Made by a program: the position numbers and the translations under genes. 32,000 bases of DNA from Chlamydiales bacterium. GTDB lineage: Bacteria; Chlamydiota; Chlamydiia; Chlamydiales; SM23-39. Shown piece after piece: positions 26,550 to 32,000 of this stretch (position 1 is the stretch's first letter; the number at the start of each line of letters is the position of its first letter). The DNA is taken from positions 510,001 to 542,000 of the forward strand of contig OZ253438.1 of assembly GCA_965261025.1 (NCBI GenBank). The letters run 5' to 3'. A model generated the notes under the pieces. That model saw only the letters and a program-made list of their open reading frames with translations, made no database searches and was not told the origin of the DNA.

Positions 26550-26603
26550 GGTAGCAAAATAACTTTGCTAAAAGGTGGTGTCATTTTAACATTGCGCTGA
26601 CAC
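26550..26603. repeat. Right terminal inverted repeat of the IS
   Basis: Its reverse complement aligns with 25371..25415 through shared blocks TTAAAATG, ACCTTTT, CAAAGTTATT and TGCTACC. Confidence 0.7.
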
Positions 26604-26733
26604 CTCAGATTTTATTTGAATAGGCTCTTCAAAAAACGTAGTTGTAAAAAATTCCACTAGGGACAAAAAAAAACGACTCAACTTGGATACTTTTTGTGGG
26701 TGAGAGAGGAAACTTTGGAGAAAAACTTCAGGT

Positions 26734-26985
26734 TCAAGAATTCTCTTTAGAAATAAGAGAATACAAAAAAGAAGGAGAAATATCAGCTCCATTACCCCAC
26801 GCAATCGTTCCTAGTTCTTCGTTTATATATACTGTGGCAAAGTAATCCTTATCTTTAAGCTTAGCAAAAATCCCTTCAAAAGAGACAACTCTCGATATAT
26901 CTACTTGACCTTGCACGCCATCTTCAAACTGAAGGGCAATAACATAATTCTCTACTACTTTTACTCTTTTTATATCATAAAGCAT
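26734..26985 (-). CDS. DUF2442-domain protein (83 aa)
   Basis: IKRVKVVENYVIALQFEDGVQGQVDIS...FAKLKDKDYFATVYINEELGTIAWGNGADISPSFLY follows the DUF2442 consensus as I recall it (FsDG..g.vDls, eyF..v.i....gti.WpnGaDi.pe.LY). GGAGAG lies upstream of the ATG. Confidence 0.75.
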   Translation of the reverse strand: MLYDIKRVKVVENYVIALQFEDGVQGQVDISRVVSFEGIFAKLKDKDYFATVYINEELGTIAWGNGADISPSFLYSLISKENS

Positions 26986-27030
26986 AATCTCTCCAGTGAT
27001 TGCTTTTAAAGACGGCTCCTACCAGTTTTT

Positions 27031-27507
27031 TTAAACTGCTATTAAATCTGTAGGAACATCAACCTCGAGGGGTTTAATAACTGATTTGTATTTGGTAACA
27101 TTAATTATCAACTTAAAAGCCTTCCTAAAGTCTTCATCCTTTGACAAAAGGTGATCCAGTATATATAGCCTTAACTCCCTCTGAGTAGAAAGGCTCATTT
27201 TAGATGAATGGTTTTCTGCTTTTTCCCATTTTATTACTGCTGGATGAGTAACTCCAAGTAGTTTTCCAAAGGCTGTTTGGGTTAGATTAAGCCACAATCT
27301 AATAAAACGAATTTGATTTCCCGTGAGATCCGTAGGTTGATGTGCTAGAGCTAAAAGAGCAAATTTCTGCAAAATATTTAAATCTATATTGGGAGTCCAA
27401 ATTCCTCTAAGCTGAATCATGGGGACATTCCTAAGCACAATAGGAAAGCCAAGTCCAAGATAGAAAAATTCTTTTTCTATTTTTTGTTTTGGCATAAATT
27501 TACTCAT
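27031..27507 (-). CDS. XRE-family HTH protein, MqsA-like antitoxin architecture without the zinc ribbon
   Basis: HTH LTGNQIRFIRLWLNLTQTAFGKLLGVTHPAVIKWEK, preceded by a beta-rich N-domain (FPIVLRNVPMIQLRGIWTPNIDL) where MqsA-type proteins carry CxxC pairs. The ATG overlaps the reconstructed DUF4258 stop as ATGA. Confidence 0.75.
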   Translation of the reverse strand: MSKFMPKQKIEKEFFYLGLGFPIVLRNVPMIQLRGIWTPNIDLNILQKFALLALAHQPTDLTGNQIRFIRLWLNLTQTAFGKLLGVTHPAVIKWEKAENHSSKMSLSTQRELRLYILDHLLSKDEDFRKAFKLIINVTKYKSVIKPLEVDVPTDLIAV

Positions 27508-27820
27508 CTCCTCTCTAGATAAAATGCTGTTATTATTAAAAGCTTCTTCTCTTCATCAAAGGATACTATAACTCTCAGGTCATCACTATCTAGAGTTTTC
27601 CCTCTAATAGCATAATTCCATGTATTACTCCCTCAAATTTATCTTTCGTTTTTTCATGTCTCCCATGTTTTAATACATAGATTATTTCAGGTAAAGTAAT
27701 ACACCTTTCTTGTTTCCGAATTTTTGCCTGGCTCGTATCTCGATACTTACCTTGCTCAAGACAGTCATAAATAACCTGAAGCAAGTTCTCAATCTTTTTA
27801 GGTCGTTGAGGACTAGGCAA
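27504..27820 (-). pseudogene. DUF4258-family putative toxin, frameshifted
   Basis: ORF 27590..27820 ends prematurely at ...KDKFEGVIHGIMLLEGKL*. A second frame from 27620 to stop 27504 reads WNYAIRGKTLDSDDLRVIVSFDEEKKLLIITAFYLERR*, the expected DUF4258 C-terminus. That frame is closed upstream by TGA at 27635-27633, so a 1-nt indel must lie within 27621-27632. Confidence 0.7.
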
Positions 27821-27987
27821 AAATCTACCCTCTTTTTAGCGCAAATGTTACTCAGTTACAAATTAAAACACAAATGATTTCATTATTTGCTTATTGTCAA
27901 TAATTTATAAAATGATAAATAAAAAATTAAAATATTTTATAATCAACCAAAAAATCTTAAAAAGATGATAACCCTGGGAAAATTGGT

Positions 27988-28205
27988 ATGGCAAAAAATA
28001 GAAAATACCAAGATTTTTTAATAGAAGAATTAAAAGATCATGAATAAGCTGTAGCTTGTCTTAATACTGCATTACAGGAGAGTCTCAAAGGAGACGAAGA
28101 ATCTCAAAATCTTTTTCTTCTGGCTCTTAGGAACGTAGCTAAAGCTCAAGGTGGAATTGGAAATTTAGCAAAAAAACTCCCTTGGGAAGAGAAAGCCTTA
28201 GAAGA
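27988..28205 (+). pseudogene. HI1420-type (HigA-like) addiction-module antidote gene fragment with nonsense mutation and 3' truncation
   Basis: About 90% identical by eye to 30247..30437, with about 18 mismatches in about 190 nt. The CAA codon of the intact copy is TAA here (28045-28047). There is an indel near 28179, and similarity stops at about 28200, where the antisense AbiEii remnant begins. Confidence 0.8.
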
Positions 28206-28712
28206 TTTTAGGGGCCTATCTGAATAAGGGTGAAAAATCTCACGACTTTCGGGAAGCAGTACAACTTTTTCGTTTGGGGTCAGGTCTAATTTGATGGTAG
28301 GAAGGCTATTTACCTTTTTCTGCTTCAGAGGCCCAATATAAGAGAGCTTGCCTTGAGCTGAAAGAGAACCTTGTAAGTTGGTATAAAATTCCACGGAAAG
28401 GGTTTTTAAAGGGATTTCAATCCCAGATTCATCATAAACCCATTCAGCTAGATCTTTTAAAATATCCATTAGAAAAGGTTCGTTCATCTGAGAGGCATCC
28501 ATCAATGTAAAATCCAGATCTTCAGAAAAGCGATATTCATCGAAAAAGCATTTTTTTAGACATGTGCCACCCTTAAAAATCCATGAACCCCTAATCTTAA
28601 AATGATTTTGGATGCCCATTAGCACCCATCCCAAAACATAGTCCTTTTCAATCGTAGAATTTTGTAGCCCAAGTTTTTTAGCTACTTGGAGCACTTCTAG
28701 TTTATCAATCAT
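28146..28712 (-). pseudogene. AbiEii/AbiGii-family nucleotidyltransferase toxin, 3'-truncated
   Basis: N-terminus IEKDYVLGWVL...FKGGTCLKKCF...YRFSEDLDFTL matches the AbiEii (DUF1814) nucleotidyltransferase core. It has only 188 codons, against about 280-300 as I recall for this family. The last roughly 18 codons are read from the antisense of the HigA-like fragment. Confidence 0.75.
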
Positions 28713-29329
28713 ATTCGATCTAACTTATTGTATTTTTCAAAAATCTCTGGGATCCAAAGCTTCCATTTCTTAACCAAACGGGTTCCTTTAAGAGTAGGAT
28801 CCATTTGAGAGTTACCTTGACTAATATTTCGTCTGCAGTAATCGATGAGCGTAGTCTCTTGAGGGCGAATTTTAGACAAAACAAAACCCAAACGTTTGAA
28901 AATAGTACGGTTTCCCATCCTAATGGCATATTCAAAAAGGATATCTCGATCAAAATGAGATGACGAAAGATATTGTTGTAAAAAGTCAATTGAAGATCGA
29001 ATTCCTCCTCCTATAGAAGGGTCATCAAATATATCTATAATTGTTTTATGGGGATCGGATACTGACACCTTAAGCCGCCCTTTCCATACGGTCTTAAGAC
29101 CAAATACCTTTTCTGCCTTTAGTTGCTTGATCAAAAAACGAAGACCGCCAGCTAACTGTTCTTTTTTATTGATATGTCTCGATGTAACAATCAGCATTGA
29201 TTCAAAAATCTGCTCAGTAAATCCCCAGTGTTGAGCCGCGGACCAACCTCCAATATAACAAGGTGTAAATAGTTCACTTGCAATTAGACTTAACGGATTT
29301 GGAATATCCGGATATTTGATTTTTCTAAA
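28709..29329 (-). pseudogene. AbiEi-family antitoxin/transcriptional regulator, 5'-truncated (winged-helix domain missing)
   Basis: The ORF from ATG 29197 holds only the C-terminal domain (VSDPHKTIIDIFDDPSIGGGIRSSIDFLQQYL). The frame stays open upstream to a TAG at 29332-29330 and encodes ...YPDIPNPLSLIASELFTPCYIGGWSAAQHWGFTEQIFES with no start codon. The N-terminal wHTH is absent. The stop overlaps the AbiEii ATG as ATGA. Confidence 0.65.
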
Positions 29330-29403
29330 CTACAAAATGTTTATATCTGTTGTAGTTTGCTATAATTGAGTGGAAAAAGTTTCGGGAAAAATCTACAGTC
29401 CTT

Positions 29404-29583
29404 TTATCTGAAAAAAACTGCTTTTATCCAATAAGCAAACAAAGGAGATGCCCTGGTAATAAATATAATTAAAAAAACTCCTGCAGAAAATCCATTTAGA
29501 GCTCTATTTTCTTTGGATTTCTTAAGTTTGAATAAAAAATAGAAAAAAGCTCCCAAATAAACTATTAAAAATAAGTTACTCAT
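29404..29583 (-). CDS. Small hypothetical membrane protein (59 aa, two predicted TM helices)
   Basis: MSNLFLIVYLGAFFYFLFKLKKSKENRALNGFSAGVFLIIFITRASPLFAYWIKAVFFR. The ATG at 29583 lies 1 nt after the upstream ORF's TAG, so translational coupling is plausible. Confidence 0.4.
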   Translation of the reverse strand: MSNLFLIVYLGAFFYFLFKLKKSKENRALNGFSAGVFLIIFITRASPLFAYWIKAVFFR

Positions 29584-29584
29584 A

Positions 29585-29884
29585 CTACTCTTCCCCCATT
29601 TCTCTTTCTCTAGCTTGATCAAAGCGATCTTTAGCTTCCCCAAAATCTTCAAAAGAATCTCGAAAACTTTTTAAACCCGCTCCAACACCAACAGATCCTC
29701 CTATAGGATCTCCTCTAGAAAACTGAATAATACCTACTCCAGATTCAACAACACCCCACCCAAAATTCTCAAAGCCTTTCTCCAATCTACTCTGTCCTTC
29801 TTGCCTAAGCTCTTCAGCTGTTTTTTTCTCTCCAAATAAACAAAATAGAAATGCTACTGAAGTCAAAATAAATGCTTTTCTCAT
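29585..29884 (-). CDS. Small hypothetical secreted protein (99 aa), Gly-rich core and acidic tail
   Basis: Signal-like MRKAFILTSVAFLFCLFG, then GWGVVESGVGIIQFSRGDPIGGSVGVGAG, then an acidic and basic C-terminus. No homology recognised. Confidence 0.45.
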   Translation of the reverse strand: MRKAFILTSVAFLFCLFGEKKTAEELRQEGQSRLEKGFENFGWGVVESGVGIIQFSRGDPIGGSVGVGAGLKSFRDSFEDFGEAKDRFDQAREREMGEE

Positions 29885-29994
29885 AAAAAAACCAAATCAT
29901 AAAAACAGAACCTGTTTTAACAAAAATTTTTTTTTATTTAATAGAAAAAAACTAGTCTAAGAGATTTGAGATAGAGCTCAATTCTTGCAAAAGT

Positions 29995-30029
29995 AAAAAA
30001 GGCACCTGAAAATTTTCGTTTCAAGTGCC
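29995..30029 (-). terminator. Rho-independent terminator (minus strand) directly downstream of the tRNA fragment
   Basis: On the minus strand, GGCACUUGAAA-cgaaaau-UUUCAGGUGCC forms an 11-bp stem including one G-U pair, followed by U6. On the plus strand the same stem has a C-A mismatch and only U4. Confidence 0.65.
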
Positions 30030-30042
30030 TTTTAGTCAAGAT

Positions 30043-30087
30043 CTCCGGATGCTTGATTCGAACAAGCGATCAATGGATTAACAGTCC
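30043..30087 (-). other. 3' half of tRNA-Asn(GTT), no 5' half present (att-type scar)
   Basis: The minus strand reads GGA-CTGTTAA-TCC (anticodon arm, GTT), attgatc, GCTTG-TTCGAAT-CAAGC (T arm), ATCCGGA (3' acceptor strand), G. No D arm and no complementary TCCGGAT 5' acceptor strand lie upstream. Confidence 0.75.
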
Positions 30088-30149
30088 TTTTCCCTTCCAC
30101 CCCCCACAACATCAGGCCAATCATAACAACTACAAAATTAAAAAGTTAG

Positions 30150-30260
30150 ACTCTTCTTCTTTGTGGCGGTGATAAGGGATCTCAAACAAAAGATATATCT
30201 AAAGCGAAGGACTACTTAAAAGATTACTTAAAGGAGAAGGAAAAACATGCCAAAAAGTAG
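30150..30260 (+). pseudogene. HI1419-type (HigB/RelE-like) addiction-module killer gene, C-terminal stump
   Basis: Frame with codon starts divisible by 3: TLLLCGGDKGSQTKDISKAKDYLKDYLKEKEKHAKK*, which matches the family's conserved LLCGGDKstQ.kDI.kAk ending. The frame is closed by TAG at 30147. A weaker remnant (..IRPIITTTKLKS*) may reach back to about 30090. It overlaps the antidote ATG by 14 nt, as in intact pairs. Confidence 0.7.
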
Positions 30261-30549
30261 AAAATACCAAGACTTTTTAATAGAAGAATTAAAAGATCAC
30301 GAACAAGCTGTAGCTTACCTTAATGGAGCCTTAGAAGAAAGTCTTAAAGGAGACGAAGAATCTCAAAATCTTTTTCTTCTGGCTCTTAGAAATGTAGCTG
30401 AAGCTCAAGGTGGAATTGGAAATTTAGCAAAAAAAGCCCACTTAGGGAGAGAAAGCCTTTATAAGACTCTTTCCGGAAAAGGAAACCCTAGGTGGCATAC
30501 ACTGGTTTCTTTAGTTATTGCTTTGGGTTTAAACTTGAGACTCTCCTAA
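30247..30549 (+). CDS. HI1420-type (HigA-like) addiction-module antidote protein, HTH DNA-binding
   Basis: 100 aa. ...AYLNGALEE...LLALRNVAEAQGGIGNLAKKAHLGRESLYKTLSGKGNPRWHTLVSLVIALGLNLRL follows the family consensus as I recall it (aLgdvarA.G...lAk.tGlsReslYkaLs..GnP...tl..vl.ALGl.L). Confidence 0.85.
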   Translation: MPKSRKYQDFLIEELKDHEQAVAYLNGALEESLKGDEESQNLFLLALRNVAEAQGGIGNLAKKAHLGRESLYKTLSGKGNPRWHTLVSLVIALGLNLRLS

Positions 30550-30559
30550 TAGCTTATTA

Positions 30560-31162
30560 TCACTTCTTCCAATTAGAAGGCTTTGCCGCTCCTCTTGTTT
30601 TAGAAGCAATAACAGGCAATGACTGTCCTAGCTTTATAAGATTATTAATAGAAGAAAGACCTTCTGGATGGAGAGTAATTATGCTTTCTTTATGAATAGG
30701 GTAATAGGAGGATTTTTCCATACAGCATTGAGTTGCTTTAATAATATCTTCTATAAAAAGCTCAAGACATATAAAAAAATAGCCATGTAAAATAGATAGA
30801 TGAGCCTGAACTTGTGAGCGTTTCTGAAAAAATGCTAGAGAGGCAAATAAATCTCCCTCTCTACTTCCTGTTAATTGGTGAAGAAGACTACATCTAAAAT
30901 TATGATAATCTTTCGCTTTAACTAGGGGGTCCTGTCCTTGTTTTTCTGTTTGCTTTTGAGAATATATCTTTTTGATGCCGGGAGAAACTTCGTAGTTAGG
31001 TAAATATTCCCGAAACCAACTGCAAAACTTACTTGCAGAGGTTTTTCCATCCTCAGAATCAATCGCTGAAATGACATCTATTGTTGTAAAAGCTCCAAGT
31101 AATGAAAGTAATGGCAAGTCTTGACTCAGTGAACGTTTAAGCTGATCAAGGTAATATTCCAT
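30560..31162 (-). CDS. Hypothetical protein (200 aa) with an R-x4-H motif (HEPN-like?), downstream of the Fic gene
   Basis: AGAGGGAG lies before the ATG at 31162, with a 51-nt gap from the Fic stop on the same strand. The composition suggests it is mostly helical. YHNFRCSLLHQLTG contains R-x4-H. I recognise no other family signature. Confidence 0.6.
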   Translation of the reverse strand: MEYYLDQLKRSLSQDLPLLSLLGAFTTIDVISAIDSEDGKTSASKFCSWFREYLPNYEVSPGIKKIYSQKQTEKQGQDPLVKAKDYHNFRCSLLHQLTGSREGDLFASLAFFQKRSQVQAHLSILHGYFFICLELFIEDIIKATQCCMEKSSYYPIHKESIITLHPEGLSSINNLIKLGQSLPVIASKTRGAAKPSNWKK

Positions 31163-31213
31163 TTAATCTCCCTCTTTTGATTGGTTAAATCTGAGAAATG
31201 ATATTCTTAATCA

Positions 31214-32000
31214 CTATTTCAGCAATTCTTCATATCGAGCTGACAACTTGTACTTGCGCCCCCTATTGGAAAAATCGATAATTGTAAGAAAGTCTTCTTT
31301 TACCCATTGAGAACAAAGAGCTGCACTTGTACGCGACTTATAACCAAATAGCTCCCCTATTTGATGACTTGTAACGACTTCAAATTGTTGAAATAATTCC
31401 AAAACCTTGCGTTGTTTAGGATCAAGTTTTTTTAATAAACTGCTTTGATCAGAAAAACCTTTTTCGCTCGCTTCTGACATATACTTCAAAACGTTTTCGA
31501 AAGAAAAAACCATCCCTTCAACAAAATATTCAATCCATTTTGTAATATCAGCATCCGCTCGTCCCATACAATAGTTATGAGACGTTCCAATACTTATTGC
31601 CTCATAATAAGCTCCCAAGTTACGAGCATAATATTCCTCTAATGAGTAGATTCCTTTTAAGTCATATTCACCTAGATATAAAATCAGCGTTGTAAAAAGC
31701 CTAGCTGTCCTTCCATTTCCATCATAATAAGGGTGAATAGTTGCAAATTGATAGTGAGTAATTGCAGCAATTAAAGGGCAAGGAAGGTCTTTATTGTGAT
31801 TAATCCAGTTTACAAGAGATACCATTAATTTATTAACATCCTTAGCTTCAGGAGGCATATAAATAATCGCTTTAGTTCGAGCGTCTCGAATTACATTCTG
31901 TCCATCACGGTATTTTGATAGCTGTACATTCTGCCTTCCATTAGCCATAACAAGCGCATGCAGGGTTTGAATATGTTTTTCTGTGATTTTTATATTTTTT
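31214..32000 (-). CDS. Fic-domain protein (AMPylase-type motif) with a C-terminal winged-helix; 5' end lies beyond the window
   Basis: Complete Fic motif HPYYDGNGRTAR (HxFx[D/E]GNGRxxR). The C-terminal wHTH-like region is KVLELFQQFEVVTSHQIGELFGYKSRTSAALCSQWV. The frame stays open upstream of the first Met (..KNIKITEKHIQTLHALVMANG..) to the window edge, so the ORF-track start at 31948 is not the true start. Confidence 0.9.
   Translation of the reverse strand, partial: KNIKITEKHIQTLHALVMANGRQNVQLSKYRDGQNVIRDARTKAIIYMPPEAKDVNKLMVSLVNWINHNKDLPCPLIAAITHYQFATIHPYYDGNGRTARLFTTLILYLGEYDLKGIYSLEEYYARNLGAYYEAISIGTSHNYCMGRADADITKWIEYFVEGMVFSFENVLKYMSEASEKGFSDQSSLLKKLDPKQRKVLELFQQFEVVTSHQIGELFGYKSRTSAALCSQWVKEDFLTIIDFSNRGRKYKLSARYEELLK

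Larger units (their letters stand above)
25365..26603 (+). mobile_element. Degraded insertion sequence, ISNCY-like (HTH + rve/DDE transposase), about 1.24 kb
   Basis: Imperfect terminal inverted repeats of about 45-50 bp bracket a broken transposase gene. Left is AGCAACATTAAAATGCTACCTTTTCGCCAAAGTTATTATGCTACC. The reverse complement of the right end is AGCGCAATGTTAAAATGACACCACCTTTTAGCAAAGTTATTTTGCTACC. Family assignment is from memory of ISNCY-type transposase sequences. Confidence 0.75.

Noticed and set aside
26378-26804. Minus-strand ORFs 26378..26584 and 26586..26804 spanning the IS right end and the DUF2442 3' region.
   Set aside because: They cross the IS terminal repeat and GC-rich hairpins, or overlap the DUF2442 gene out of frame. 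No SD or motif supports them.
27821-27987. Possible sigma-70-like promoter (TTGTCA ... TAAAAT/TAAAT) in the AT-rich spacer upstream of the dead HigA-like copy.
   Set aside because: In DNA this AT-rich such hexamers arise everywhere. The spacing is ambiguous and I have no transcript evidence.
28720-28989. 89-aa alternative-frame minus ORF within the AbiEi remnant.
   Set aside because: The other frame carries the recognisable AbiEi C-terminal domain and the ATGA coupling to AbiEii.
30492-30695. 67-aa plus-strand ORF overlapping the HigA-like 3' end and the 200-aa gene.
   Set aside because: It is antisense to the 3' end of the 200-aa gene and has no start context.

Overview
Low-GC (about 35% by eye) bacterial window in two parts. 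Positions 1-24.5 kb are a densely packed housekeeping core: dcd (partial), ruvB, a SpoIID-domain protein, SRP RNA, a NUDIX hydrolase, a GT9 glycosyltransferase, an RluA-family pseudouridine synthase, pepA, ssb, an LpxL-family acyltransferase, rsmE, pyk and a 1873-aa doubled UvrA. Three large or medium lineage-specific hypothetical proteins are interspersed. The UvrA-UvrA fusion, the SpoIID homologue and the proteins with paired hydrophobic segments suggest a member of the Chlamydiae, probably an environmental chlamydia; this is inference, no search was possible. Positions 24.5-32 kb are an accessory island. It holds an internally deleted ISNCY-like IS that still has about 45-bp terminal inverted repeats, and a frameshifted DUF4258 / MqsA-like HTH / DUF2442 cassette. 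It also holds an AbiEi/AbiEii pair truncated at both ends, and two roughly 90% identical copies of a HI1420-type (HigA-like) antidote gene, one nonsense-mutated and one intact next to a stump of its killer gene. The rest is a displaced 3' half of tRNA-Asn(GTT) with a terminator, two small secreted/membrane ORFs, and a Fic-domain gene that runs off the right edge followed by an uncharacterised 200-aa protein with an R-x4-H (HEPN-like) motif. I saw no CRISPR array, rRNA or intact tRNA. The best candidates for something undescribed are the Fic + R-x4-H pair and the DUF4258/HTH/DUF2442 cassette; both are sequence-pattern inferences that need database and structural checks.
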